Assembly: GCA_030141605.1 (NCBI GenBank)
Contig: JAQGDQ010000041.1
Location: forward strand, 496,001 to 560,000
DNA from: Tubiluchus corallicola
Lineage: Eukaryota > Animalia > Priapulida
Direction: 5' to 3'
DNA: 64,000 nt
How positions within the stretch are numbered: the first letter of the stretch is position 1; the number at the start of each line of letters is the position of its first letter. Below are positions 26,501 through 41,027 of the stretch, one piece after another. The notes beneath the pieces are model-generated. The model was not told the DNA's origin and did no database searches. It was given only the letters and a program-made list of their open reading frames with translations. The position numbers and the translations under genes are program-made.

Positions 26501-28804
26501 AAAAAATGAATACAGTGAAGAAACGGGCTCGTTTGTATAAATTTAAGAATTATCAGTGGTTATAAAAGCTGTCTGGGAACTCAAAATAAGAGGCAACCGT
26601 TTGAGTTCTGTGGGAGGTGAATATATACTAGTCCTACAATCTCAGTAATTTCTAAGTCTCTTGTGTACAGAAACGCTCAAGCAACACTTGGTAAAATTAT
26701 TAACTAAAATAATAGTCGAATTACCAGCAATACTTAGAGTTAAATGTATAAAACATTCTTTTAAGATTTTAGCGCAAGAACATTGTACGACACGGCCTCG
26801 TCCATGTTTGCGCTCTGCTTGTTATTTGTATAACCATCACGCCAGTAACGTGTAAATGAGTTTTATTTGGCGTACATGATTCGATCTGCCCGTGTCAGTT
26901 TTGATAACCCATTCATACGTTTACCACGCTGCCTTCGTTACATCCAAACAATAAACTTCTAATACAATCAGCATACTTAAGCAATTTTCTCACAGCTTTC
27001 TGGGAAAGAGAGAGTACCTTGCCTGTAATTTCCCCTGTCACTAGGAGCACGTTTCTCCCCCGAGGCCACTTAAACAATTGAGCTCCAAATGGCAAGATTT
27101 CTGACGAACAGTTTATATCCAGCCACAGCGGCAGAGTATACCTCGATCACGTGCCATTGGCTAAACCAATCAGCAAAGCGGTGTTGTGATTGTAAATATT
27201 ACTACTAATAATAAACTACGTAGAAGCTATTACACAGAAGTACTTAAAACAATGTGGGAATAAATGACTCGACTCAGTGACACAAAGCATCGACTCAAGA
27301 ATAAATTCAGTATACTAGTTCATGCGCATGTTTACGTACAATGGTTTAGGTACCAAATTTATATTTCAGCATGTCTTTCACTCTTTCTCAGTGAAGCTGT
27401 CATGGAAATCCATTCAGTGTAATATAAACTTGAATCGTTTACCTGACGAGAAACTCTACTGGATTGCACTCAAAACACCGTAAGGCTTTGCCAGATATTG
27501 TGCTTTGGGATTTGCACTTTATACCTCCCGTGAAAGCCTAGTTTAATCTTATACAAAGTTTGAAATCTCATTTAAGAATTTCTAGTTCTTTTCTGTCTAC
27601 CTTAATGAAATTTCTTAACAATTTTCTTTGGCGATGTCCTTAGAGTACCTATCGTATTATTTTTGCTAAATTGAAGCGTTATAGCATATTCTCAGTTGCA
27701 CTTATATATCATTGTAATATGGTGTTATTCGCCCTAAATTAAGTGGTCTACTGTCCTCACAAGTTTGGATTATCAGGAAATCAAACAAAGTAAACCAAAT
27801 AGAAAAAGAAGGTGTAATGGCCAAGCATAGAATTTGCTAACATTGTTATGCATCTGCATAAATACATCATTTCCATAATTCCGCAAATACACTAATGCAA
27901 TAGCTCACTACCTCTGGGACACCTTACATTTGTACAGAAATAATTGTACAATGACCATAACTGAATTGTGTCTTCCACCAAGGGAAGCCCATGTTATAGG
28001 TTAGGTGGCGCACGTGGCGTCTGCCTGTAATGGCTTCAGCGAAGCAGGCAGTTCGTTAATTTTCAGAGTAAAAAGATGCGAAGATTGGCTCATTTATCTG
28101 ATCACATTCATCATAAAATGAGCGGCTATCCAATCACAGGATGTCGTTTTCTGCATCTTTGTCAGCCATTATTTTGGCAAATGCAATCTAAGATATTGCT
28201 CTTTATGGAGGTAGCATCGCATTTATTTTCTGTGGGAAATTGATTGGACGTATCTGCACCATAATTCAGAATGAAATATTGTTTGGTCAAACCTAACGCT
28301 CATCAAATTTGCCATAGAATTGCAAGTAGGTACACAACTTCTCAGTCGTGGATCATGCGAATTAAGATGATAAATAACTGCGGGTTTCTGACATATAAGC
28401 AAGGAATGACAGGAATGTTTGCAAATATGAAACCTTAGCATGATAAGGCGTCCGGTTGCGCAAAAGTTGAACTGCCGACACAGAAACGCAGGTTTAGATT
28501 AAAAATCAAAATTACAGATAAAAGACAGAAATGTCTATACAAATGCATTTGTAAGCAATCTAAAGAGATGTAGCTATCTATCAAATAAGAACCTTTACAC
28601 GATACTGTATAACTATATAATCAATACCAAAAAATACAGCCATCAACGGAATGAAACAGGCAAAGCATCGACCAAGGACAATAGGATTTCAGCTTCAGGT
28701 GAACTTATATAAATGCAGAAATTATTCATGTCTTCTACAAGAACACAAATAACGTTTTTCAGCAACGAAAGTGAACATAATTCGAAGTTTAAATACAAAC
28801 GTAC

Positions 28805-29062
28805 CTTCGCTACGCTGTAGCAAATCCCGGTCCACCGGTTCTGGAAAAACGATGGCCGTATCGCCCCGTTCGATTAGCTCCTTAATTTGTTCTTCCTCCA
28901 ACTGAGAGTTGGTAGTCTCGGGTCCATCCTCAGTAGCTGACTGACTAGATTCATCTGAGGTCTTCTTGGTATGGTCTGGAGTAGAGCTGGGAGAAACTCG
29001 AGTTATTTCTTCTGGCCCCAGGTTAGGCGTGTTATTGTCAGTGACTGTTTCTCCCATTGTAT
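28805..29062 (-). CDS. ZEB: ZEB/zfh1 upstream coding exon (258 nt, phase 1-1)
   Basis: Encodes IKELIERGDTAIVFPEPV, matching the conserved ZEB N-terminal motif (vertebrate ZEB2 IEEYLQRSDTAIIYPEAP). Acceptor TATAG|AT at 29063/29062 and donor GAAG|GTACG at 28805/28804. The phase-1 end joins in frame to the exon at 3116 (G+AT = Asp). An in-frame ATG lies at 29057. Confidence 0.88.
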
Positions 29063-29063
29063 C

Positions 29064-29065
<2 letters not shown>

Positions 29066-29116
<51 letters not shown>
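29066..29116. repeat. (TAA)17 microsatellite abutting a ZEB splice acceptor
   Basis: Perfect 51-nt repeat immediately 5' (minus strand) of the acceptor TAG. Confidence 0.95.
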
Positions 29117-29120
<4 letters not shown>

Positions 29121-30538
29121 GTCAATTTAGTAAAAATATTAGTCCAACTTAATTTAAACAAACGTTCTAAAATAACGGACTCGAGTTAAAATACAACAAT
29201 GTGCTCTATAAAATTCACTTAATGGCATTTAATTCAATTGTTCAAAACACAAGAGTATCATTATTATCTTGAGCATCTTTTGTTCGCTTGGAACGCTTAA
29301 TTGGCATGCTTGGAAACCTGGTATGCTGCCTCTCTTTAATATAGTGGCAAATTCTAGTATAGAATTTTAATATAGTTCGCATTAAAATCTTATTACTTAG
29401 CTAAATAGTAAAGTACATTCAATTATAAATTCACTGATTTAAGCTGACGTGGTCAGAGAAGGTATAATATCCGCTTCTGGCGTGGCTTATGAAAACAATT
29501 TCTTTACAAAGTTGGCAAAACTTACGTAACGTTATTATGACGTTATTATAAATTAACATTTCCTCAAAAACTTTTCTAAAGCTGCATTTTCCAGGTATTA
29601 TTGTCACTATTATTCCTGCAAAACGTCTTTGTCATTTTACTTCCTATAAATTATATTGCAGTTATCTTAGACACTAAACTCAATCTAGTTATTCTGGGAA
29701 AGTTGTAACTCAAGACAACGCGTCATAACCAGTTTACAGGCAAAGATGAACAGAGCGGCATCATTTTGTAAATTTGCCAAACAACCGGAGGGAAATAATT
29801 CGTTCTGAAACTGCTTTGCACTTACCCCTAGTCTACCTAGAGAACAACTGTTTGATGAAAAAATAAATTCAATTTTACTAACGTTTTACTTTCTACCTTG
29901 GCGGTTTACGAGAGAAGTTATGGTTGGAAAGTTAACAAGAGAGTCAAGGCGGGGTGTACCAGAGCTCGTATTAGAGTGAAATAGTCATTTAAACCTACAA
30001 AACTGTTAAACTCCCGAGAAGTGTAAAATGAGGAAAGTCTGGCACTTTTAGAGCACAAACATGCACGACGCACGCATGCACGCACTGAGGTCCACTCTCA
30101 CCATACACACACACTTGAAACTCATCTAGACGCATGGTTTAGCTTCGTCAATGGAAGCTTGATTGCCTGAACATGTTTGTGCACTGTTTAATTGTATTCA
30201 TTAAAAGCTTATAACAAACGGATAATGATCAGCGGTGAGTCAGGACTCGGGCTCTAATAAAAGCTCAATATTGCTGCCTAAGATACTGTCTAAACCGTCC
30301 AGTGAATGACTAGCAATTTACCAAGTAGGTAATTTTGTGCCTTTGTCAGTAGCAGCAGCAATACAGATGATGAGACCTGACCGATAACGAAGAATCTCAC
30401 TTTCTTTATACACACACAGTCTTCGATTATTTGACAATTCCATATTTCTCGCTCCCTCCATTACTTTTTGCTTGAAACTTATTTACTTTTTTCCTATACA
30501 AAGGCAAAAGATTTTTAACCAACTAAATGAACTCTTCT

Positions 30539-30556
30539 TATATATATATATATATA
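30539..30556. repeat. (TA)n microsatellite
   Basis: About 9 units. Confidence 0.9.
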
Positions 30557-33500
30557 GGCGTCGATCAACAGATATTTTAGATGAGTCCACTTATATTTAA
30601 TTCGATTAACTTTAACTACCTTCTTGGGGAACTTGCATTAGGTTCAGAAGGCTGTATAATGCAGTCCTTCAGCAATTACGAGACAACAATGATGTCCTCA
30701 GAACCCTTTCACCTTGATTGGATGGGCAAATAGCCACAGATGAATCATCCACGTATTTCAGCTGGGAAGCCATGCAATAGCTCTCACTAGAAGGCGCTAC
30801 AGTGCATGCTGAGATTGCTGGCCGCGAAGAACCTCGCTAAACCGAACTTATTGTTTTTACTTTTATAACTTGGAATATTAACTGACTTATGCACGACACC
30901 GAAATTAATATTATGCATATAGATAGTCTCAGAGTTTGTGAGGGGTAACTAATCGGGAAAGCAATTAGCAAAGTCAATCTTAATTGCTAGCTAGCTGTCC
31001 GGTCGATAAATATCAGACTCAAGTTGAATAGCTGCTGATAACACGGCTGACCAATTAAACTTAATTAATTTTCGTTTACAAATTTAAGCAACCAATTTCT
31101 CACTTCCTTGCTAAGGACGCATTGATCAGTACCCAAGATTATCAGTATTCAAGAAAAAAATAATGAATTTTTAAATGTACCACCAGAGATAAGTGCATAA
31201 TAGAAAATCAACGTCACTATACCAAGTAATTTGCCTGAGCCACAAAGACTGGTCAAGACAATGCAGACCACAGGTCCAGATATAAACTACACAGCTTACC
31301 AAAATTAAGTATGAACATGAGATGAGGAAAAATTCTCTAAAAAGCAGGAAAGAGATACAAGTACAGATGATTTTTCCTTGGTGACTCTGTTAATGGTTGA
31401 GTACAGTTTGCCTCTCCGGCACAAGATCTGGCTTTTACGCTACCGCAAAAACAAGCACCTTCAAACTTTTGTATTTATAACTCTAGGTGGAGTGTTTAGG
31501 CAAGTTGGCGCCACGTGAAGCTGGCAGCTGCTCCAGCGAGTGAACAGACATCCTTTAATAAACCTACACTTGTCATGTGCTAGTCTATACATGGTAAACC
31601 TATACATGTCATGTCCAAGTCTAAGACTACATGCAGAGAAATGACAGCCGATAAGCTTTTGCCACCTTCTCAAATAACACAACACGGGAAATCTTCTCGC
31701 ATAATACAACAGGGTAAATTTGTTTGTTATGGAAAGTATGGGGCTATCGTAAGAACCTATCCGCACCTTAACCATTATACAGCCACATTCCAGGCAATAT
31801 TCTTACACTAGTAACACTGCCGCCTGCATTTGTAAGAAAACATAAGGATGCCTGACCCTGTTTCACGCTGTTATATTATTTCGATTGCACATAGTCTGTT
31901 TTCTAGCAAGAATATCACATGCGAGGTACGCAGCTATACCCAGTTCAGGTTTCTCTCTAGGGCTTCCTGGACAGGTGTTGAAGATTACGTGCAAGTATAA
32001 GCACACAAATAAACTTTAACTCTGTGATTAATGCTTCAATGAGCCATAAACGTCTGGCGGAATTTTCAGTGGCGCCACTTAGTCGCCTTAGTGTTTATGT
32101 ATCGCTCCAAGGTGGAAGATTAAGTTTTCCCAAGCGTCTTGAAAAATTTGCGACTATAGATGTCGCCACACCTTGTTGTCTACGATTAAATGAAGACATG
32201 TGATACTACGTACGGCTATCACACGTTAAGGTTTAAAAGGAAAAATATCAGTTAAATTAAAAAAGCTTTTCATCATATTGCCCTAATCTGTACAAAACTA
32301 AATCTCCTTTTAAATGTACACATATCAAAACTGATCTGCATTTCCTGATTGATCACCCAATACAGTTTTTAGAATTCTATGTTCCATTACTATAAATCAT
32401 CAGTTTCTGACTAGATGAAATCAGAGCAAGAAATAAAAGAGGTCCATCTGGTCTACAGAAGTACTTCTTTAACACGGGTGACTATGGATGCCAAACCCCC
32501 AACATCTGAAATATGCAGCGATTCTCAAATGCCATAGTTTAGATCCTGTATTCTGCAGCTACAAATGAATTCGCAAACAAGAAAGGCTACTTCAATGGTT
32601 TTGCTATTTTGTGTATGTCCCACAGAAATGCCTATAATTGAAGTAAGCCTACGCTGTCAATTCGCACAACTTCTGTTACAAAGACAGTTTATACTTATGG
32701 TTCGCTCTCCCATAGCAAAAGTCATGTGTTCCTTCAAATATCCAGTCATGGCGCACGAAGTCCAAGAATCTTATTCTGCTTCATTTTTTATTTATACTAT
32801 TTATTTCGCATGAACAATAATAACTACTGCACTTCAATTTGTTAATATTATATTATAATATCAATCGTTAAAGGACGGTAGGTGTTTATAATTAGATCTT
32901 TGTTTCAACGTTGCTTAAATTAAAGAAAACGAATTTTTAGATAAATAGTGTCACTGTAAGCGCAATTACTTCTCAGCCGTCAAATTGCTACTATTGTTAA
33001 AATCTAATGGCAGTACTCATTAGACTGTTATAGTTATAAAGCAACGAAAAAGAAATATTTGTAATCCGCGCACAACGCGTGAACTGCTTCTTTTAAAATG
33101 GCCACGTGTCAAGAGCCAACGGAAATGAACCGATATGCAGAGTACTTTAGAAGCAATTCTAAAGACATCATTACAATCAGTCAGGTTTGTCTAATGTTCT
33201 TATTATCATGTTAATAATGACCTGTGCATCACGGCACGTGTCTGCTGATTGCCAGGCATGAGAACTGTCATTATTGGATCTGACCACAATGGCCCAGCAG
33301 CCCGCCATTATTGTTGCTTGTCCACAATACTCGGAGGTGGTAATTTAAGCGATCAGAGATCAACAACAGACGGCTTTGTTTAAGTTCCAAACCAACAGTT
33401 AAATGGTTAAATAGAGAACTTTGTTATTAACGGTTGGAGTCAGAAATGTAAGCTATAGGAAGGGAAAATAGATTCAAAATTCATGCACAAAAACTGTTGT

Positions 33501-36500
33501 ATTGTTTTGCTTATTAGAAACCTCCTCAGGCTCGGACAGATTATATTAGTTGGAAAGTGACATACATGGGCTTCAAAACCTCACAGGTAAAATTCTTTTA
33601 ATGGAAAATCTGGAGCAAAAATCACCACCAGTGAACAGTTTTAGGAAGAAGTTCTTGAAACACAATCTAGCAAACGATTCTACGGCCGTAATTTCGTAAT
33701 TTCGCGATAGCTTACATGCTTTCTATACATCTATCAGTAAGTCAAAATGCAATTACGTTTTTAATTCCCGCAGGTTATCTCAGAAATCTCATTTACATCT
33801 GTAAGTATTGAAATAATACGTAGATACTAGCATTTCCTGTAGTTTACGAAAGTAGTGTAATGTTAGGTATACTGAATGATTATGATCATGCAAACAAGGA
33901 TGTAAAATGATTCATCTAGCACAACAGCCATTATTTCAATCATCCTCTCCTCGTCTTGATCACCCACTCAAAGCACAAAGACAGGGTAACAATCACCTTA
34001 GAGACCCTGGCTTCATAAACTTACAAGCGGGTAAATCACCCACAATCAAGCTGCATATGATTTGTACCGTATTGTCAGCGTGAAAGCGGTCAAATTAGCT
34101 AGCGACCACTTCACATGTGATAATTTGTACGACGGCTGAATGAAGTTTGTAACAATTATTTGACGTCACAATGCCGCCCGCTAGAGCGGTGGAATCAAGT
34201 ACCTCCGCGGGAAACGGTCTCTCAAAATCCCAACATTCTCTGTTTGTGATAAATTGGGCAGAAGTAATACGTCTTTCTTACAAGTGAAGCTTCTATAATC
34301 CTTTGTCGTAGTTTTCTTTATTCCAATGTGAACTGATCTTTATGTGAAAGTCGTAAAAACGAGTATGCAGTCATAATTTCGTCTGATCATATCTACTCAG
34401 ACCTAAAAGTTTTAACTGATGATGTTGATAAACGAAAAGCATTACACACATCTTCAGTTCAACGCCAAGACGCAGGCACGGTTTTATACCGTCTATTAAT
34501 TACTTTTTACTGACCAAGTCCTACACTGGTTGCAGTTAATTAAGTAATAAAATGTGACTCAATTAGAGGCGTTTTGGTAATTAGTTGAGTAAATTGATGG
34601 AAGTAAAACAGCGTTTTATTGCTTCAATTAAAGAACGTACAAGTTTATAGAAATGAGATGAAATTTTAATAGACGGTTATTAATTAAACTTTTAGGATTA
34701 TCTTGGCGACATCTTGCGTAGCAGACACCTTTATAGTAGTTACCTCTGCATAATTTAAGTCAAATTTCTTGGAACTGTTTCGCATTCAGTTGCAATTTCA
34801 TTCTTAATTAAACACTGGAATCATTTTTGCAGTTAAGTAAACAGACACTGCAAAATGCGAATAAAACCAAGAGCAAGATTTCCTTGGCCCTGCAGATAGA
34901 TAGCATAGACTACATTAAACGACATTATTTCACAGCAATATTGTACATGGTATACTGTAGAATAAAAAACAAAAACAGGCAGACACATTGAAATATTTAA
35001 TGAAAATAAAAAAATGTGAACTACTTCATGTACCGACATTGCTGTGCACGTGCAGTATAATTGCATCGATAGCGAATTACTAAAACAGTTGGGCTTTAAC
35101 AGTTCATCTTGGCACCAAGTCCTCTAGGCGGCTGATTCAATAAACTCCCTATATGGGGCGTTTGGTTCTACTAAAGAGCTAAGAAACTAATCCTGTCCCA
35201 TCAAACACAAAATTTCTCTTCGAATGCCACGTGCGATTCAGCTTGTAATGGACAAACAATTGCAAAAAACTGACAAGCATGTAGAATGAAAATGTTTTTC
35301 CTTGAAAATGTTTCACTTTGGATGAGGGGGAAAACGATAATGAATTTAAGACAAATAACACGCAATTAAAACAAAAAGTATAGTTAATTAGTTACTCTCT
35401 GACATGCTAAATATTGCAGCTAGAAATAATACAACTAGACAAAAACATTGGTTCTTTATTTAAAATTCTTGTAAAATTGTTTAATGGCGTCCACCCGAGT
35501 CCCGACAAAGAAAAAGGCTTCATGCCGTCTCAACATTGGCGCATGAAAAGAGCCGCTATTTTGGTAAATCAGCGGAGCAAGACGCCATCTACAAAGCCAG
35601 CTCCTGCAGTTCGAGCATCACCTTCATCCCGCTCACGTGAGGCGTTCCTCAGCTTCCACACGGTATTGAACCTGATACGGGGGCGCAGTAAACACCACAG
35701 TGCGGAATTCAGGTTAACAGAAGTTTTATGGCCAAGAGGTGGGTGCTTAGAGCAGGCTAACTGACGTAAACAGATGTGCAGGACTAACCCAACAACAGAG
35801 AGGTAGAAATAGAGACAAGCCTTCTTTAGATTGCATTACCTAATTATTCGTATGTTCAAATTTGTTTGTGAATATATGCAAATAAAAGTTTAAAAAACCT
35901 GTGCAAGTGTTTACAAGGCTGAAATTTTCATCATCATCTTTGTTTACGTGTTTTTTTTACTGTTATGTCACTTTAACGTTACCAAACAAGCCAAGCTACA
36001 TACGTGGAAACTGACGTATAGATAATACTCCGGTTAGGTAAATCACACAATTAAACATTAATCTCGATATACGTTGAAACTGCACAGTTATAAACTCATT
36101 TTATAATTTTGAGCTGTAAACAGTAAAATATCTTTGTTACCTCGGTCGTAATGCACGTACAAATTTATATAAGACCAATATAATCACTAAACATACAATA
36201 CATGAACATGTATATATGAGCCCTGCTTACAGGACTAGCAATATTCTACCTTAATCAAAATTACAGAATTTAGATGCATATATCATGTGCGGGAAAAGTG
36301 CGTTTGTTGAACTTTGTTCACTACGCAATCATGCATGTAATATTTGGCTTCCTTTATTTTCTTTGTCTCATCTGGCTTCATCCCCCTCTGAATCGTGGAT
36401 TCATAGCAAGGTATTTGACTCAGCGTGCTTTGGTAGGTAACTGATACATCCTTGCTCCCTGTAGAGGGAAGGCCATATGTCTGCAGCTCAAGCGCTATAC

Positions 36501-37086
36501 CTTATATAGCCGTTGTTTGCTGTGAGACAACCTGAGCTGCTGCTGCTGCTGCTGTACGCAAGCCACTCCCATTCACCAAGGATAAGGATGCTAGCGGTTA
36601 CCTTTGGCAACGGAGCTGCAGCCCAAAAAGCAAACTTACATAGACGAAACTCAGTACTAAACATAAAAACTTGAGTTGTGCATTCCGGAAAACAAAACTT
36701 GCTTCACTAGACTGTGAGAGTTATGTTTTAAGACAATTAAAAGATTACAATGTGCGAAAAACTAATTTATAGCAGGAAATTGATAATCAAAATAATTATT
36801 TAACATTAAATAATATCTAAAAATATTCTGGCAATATTTGCAAGCAAAGTAAATGTTATGTTTCTACATCTTGAATTTGTAAACAGATTTATCAATTTCA
36901 ATATTTAAAACACACAACGATTAATTCTTTTCTTAAAAAAATGTTTTGGGTAATTATTATAGAAAAAGGTGAAATCTACTTTGTTAGAATACTTTCTGCT
37001 AGGCAATAAAACAGAAAGGTTAATGAATAAATACTAAAAAACGTAATCCTTTTAGACTTGTAGTGTTATAGTGGCAAATGCAATAA

Positions 37087-37230
37087 TATTGAACCGCAGA
37101 ATATTTATAATTTACACTTTTCTCACATTTCTGTTATTGATTCACCTTATACCTCACGTATAGGTAAATCAATGAAGAGAAATGTGATAAATGTGTAAAT
37201 TATAAATAAATAATCGCACAGCGTTCAATA
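37087..37230. repeat. Imperfect inverted repeat (foldback hairpin, ~145 nt)
   Basis: Paired blocks TATTGAAC/GTTCAATA, TATTTATAATTTACAC/GTGTAAATTATAAATA, TCACATTTCT/AGAAATGTGA, ATTGATTCACC/GGTAAATCAAT and TATAC/GTATA around a CTCAC loop. Confidence 0.88.
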
Positions 37231-40200
37231 ATAGATCATTAACATTTCTAATTCGCGGACACTAACAATTTGAACATTTAACCCGGTGCAGGTGTTCAGT
37301 ATATATGTGCAACTTTCACATTATTCAACGTGCAATTAACACATGGTTAATAAAAAAACTAAAATCTATATTGTAACCTCGAGATGACAAAACGACTGTA
37401 ATCTATCGCAATAAATTGGCTATGAAGAAAAACAAGTGATAATAAGGGATCGACACCTTAATTTTTTTAATAACATACCTCGTTCCCAAATAATTTTCTT
37501 TCTAGTCTTACCTTTATTATTTAAAATAAAATGTGTCGCGATTATTAATTACAGTAATTTTGTAAAATTAATAAAAATAAATAAATGACACAAAAACCTT
37601 AAGTGAACGATAAAAATTGTAAAATTTCGATGTTGGTGGACTTTCCTAAGCGAGTTTTGCTGTACAAAAATTTGCCAATGTAGCAGCTAACACACTAAAA
37701 TAGTCTTTGAATAAACATTGATTTGAACCAATGGCTTACACTGCGAAAGACACTACACGTAAAAAACGAAAAATATTTAAACTGGCAGAAAAATAATATG
37801 GTGTCAGAAAGTGGAATACAAAGGACAAGGAATAATTAATTTGCGGATAATAAACGCTGTTCAACATCTATTTTGTTACTACCGTTACAGATAGTATACA
37901 ACTACGATCTATTTTAATGAAACGTCTATAAAGTGAGCAGGAATTCAAAGTCGCGAGGAATTCGTGTAGCCCTTGCTGATCAAGAAAAAAATTCTGCTGT
38001 GTGTCCCGATGAAATTACATTTTAAAAATGACAAAGGATTAGGTAGAAATCAATGCGCAAGGTTGAATAGAATCAGTTTGTGACTGGAAGAGATTTGCTG
38101 TAGGTCCAATCAGTCTTGTGTACCCTAATTCTTCCGGTGCTGTCAGTCAAGCTTCTTATAGTCTAGGATGTAATTTCCGTGAGAGATCGCAAGACATGCT
38201 CAGAACGAACTTTTACAACCCAACGTCCAATTAATCAGATAGCAAAGCGGTCCAATGACTACTGTTTAATTGAAACTTAATGGCTATTTGTCCATTAATC
38301 TGGAGATGAACAGACGAGGCGAGTGACGGCTCAGACTACCAATCAAACAACATAATAACGAAACTGGTATAACTGACAAGCTTAAAACTTAGGCATGTAC
38401 ACATTACGTGAAACAATGTAGGCCCTACACGAAATTAGCAACAGACATGCAGAAACGACAAACTAGAGGCAATATGTAATGCAGATATGCAAAAACGACA
38501 AGCCTGGGCCAATGCCCAAGATGTGGACAAACATGCAGAAGTGGCAAGCTTAAAGCAGCTACGTATTTGCATTACTGAGCCGAAATTAAGTAAAATCAGG
38601 CAAAACTGACAATGTTGAAACAATGCAGAAGAAACTACGCACGACACGCAAAAGTGGCAAAGTGAAACATTCTGATATCCTTTCTTTCAAAGTAAATCTG
38701 CACAACACTATTTACTCAGGGAATGGATAGAGTTGAATAATGTGAAAACCAAAGCATGGTAAAAATTTTGGACCAGTGCGACACAGGCTGGCTCAAATCC
38801 CAGTTCGTTGGTATTATATATCAAAACCACTTTTAATTCCCTTCCAATTAAAAATACCTCAAAACTGTCATCAAAATTGCTTTGCTTCGCTCAATAAATG
38901 GAATATTGGACCACTAAAACTTTCCAACAAAGAATATTTTAGACGGTTCTGCGAGTATAAATTGTTGACTCAGTGTCCAAAGTAGTCCAGTTTTATACGA
39001 CAATTATGAGCTACACATGCATATATTGTAATGACGTCAGTCCAGCTAAATTACCACAATGCATTATTTTATATAGCCATAATTAGGTTTTTTACGTCAA
39101 AATAGATAAAAATCCCCAAGGGAAAGGGCCAGACCTTCAAAAGGTCAAAACAACCACGCATTAGAGAACAAAGCACTCGAGTTCTTATCAGTTACGTAAC
39201 ACAAAATTATAACATAACTAGAAATAACAGGATAAACAATTTCCCATAAAATCCCAAGACAGAATGCTCGAGAGCCAAGGGTCACGCTGCAAAATAACGT
39301 TTCTTTAATATTTTATTTACGTCGCGACTGTGATGGTCATTCAATTCGATGTGATGTCATCATCAGTAAAAATGTAATTACTTTTCCTCAATACACCAGT
39401 AGCAATGTATATATGGATCCTTAAAGGTGTAATCTCCAGACACAATGGCGTTACTCACATAATTATCTAACTGCAAACCACAGAGGTATAGTTACATATT
39501 ATGCCCTAAACCCATTTCCCAGATAAACTCAACGATAACCTAGAACACTGCAATATAATTGTTATATTGTCCTTCAGAAAAAGCTCATTACATCAGACTG
39601 AATGACACACTTGCACCTAAACAATTACAGGCACCAAGACATGAAAAAGCCAGTGCATAAAATAAAATAGTTAATCTAATTTAAGCTTATATTTTTCATG
39701 GTTTTTACAGCTCATGTGGGTATTTTTTAATGTAGTGATTTTCCCACAGTGCGTAACATTGGTACACGCCTTTTCACTAGTGATTATTAATCAACTAAAG
39801 TGAAAATTTAAATTACCCTTATGCAATATAAATTTACAGATTTAATTAGATTCCTTAGTGTTTTGTATCGGCTACGCATTTGTATCAACAGGAAAACAAA
39901 TACACAATGCTTAAAAGAAAAACAGTTTGTAAAAATACAAATCATATGATTAAACGATTGATGTCGCTGAAGCATCTAAAAGCCAGGATAGTTTTACTTC
40001 TAAATATTTCGTCATAGTGGAATAAGAAATTCACGTTTTAATGACCAATGCCGTTTAATGAGTATGGCCCCAAGGTATGTTAATTCAATCGAGTTGCACC
40101 CGCATCCCCACTCATTTGTTTTGTGATTTTATGCGTTTCATGTTGCCTTTCGTGCGAAGGACAAGTACATCCTATAGTGGTTATTGTTCGAGAATAGGAT

Positions 40201-41027
40201 TAATTTCTCAAACCTGGTTACCAAATAAGATTAATTTTGTCAGTCATTGTTGAAAACCACAAGGGAAGTACTAAATTGACATGTACGTACATAAAAAGTG
40301 CTTTATCATTCTGAAATTGGAAGAAATCCCGCTGGAAGGCCAGAAACTTGAATGTGATGGTAATTTTAATTGTATAACTGATTGGGCTGTATTTTTTCAA
40401 TATAAATAGAGTAAATTTATAAAATAAACGTTTTTCGATGATGAGTTAGCACAATCTCTGATGTATTTCGTAAAAGTTCGCACACATTTTACGAGCACAA
40501 CTCAGCACATATACGTAATTTAGGTGTGCGGATATTACGCATTACAGTTTACAAAAACGGCGAATGTTACTTATAAGATTTTTCAATTGACCTTTTGAGA
40601 AAACATGGAAACGTAATTGCGATAAAAATCAACAAAAGCCTTTACGAACGATCAAAATTTTCCCGCAATCCCGATTCTCCTGGGAAAGTACAAAGATAGA
40701 AATTGAGAGAGAAAGAGAGGAGATTAAATCGTCCTGTACAAAGGGGTTTTGCTCTGACTATGGGCTCGTGTTTATAAGAGACCATTAGCATGTTTTATAA
40801 ACTCTCACTTCATATGCTATCAACGGTGAGATTTTAAGCTTAAAATCTATGCAGGTTTTAAGAAGACGCATTAGAGGCGCCACAAGTAAATGGGACTCAG
40901 CATTAAGGAGAGAGACATTGTGCATGCCTGTGGCACTAGACTCAAAGGTAACGTCATGACTGATTAGCTAATCTTTACTGAGATGATTACACTAGCGGCT
41001 CAGCTGGCAAACTAACGCTGTAATTGA

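Larger units (their letters stand above)
3117..28804 (-). other. 25,688-nt GT-AG intron of ZEB
   Basis: Phase-compatible donor and acceptor. No credible coding exon seen in between, although small or alternative exons cannot be excluded. Confidence 0.78.

Noticed and set aside
28971-29189. Poly-Asn ORF on the plus strand
   Set aside because: Translation of the (AAT)n microsatellite, antisense to the ZEB exon.
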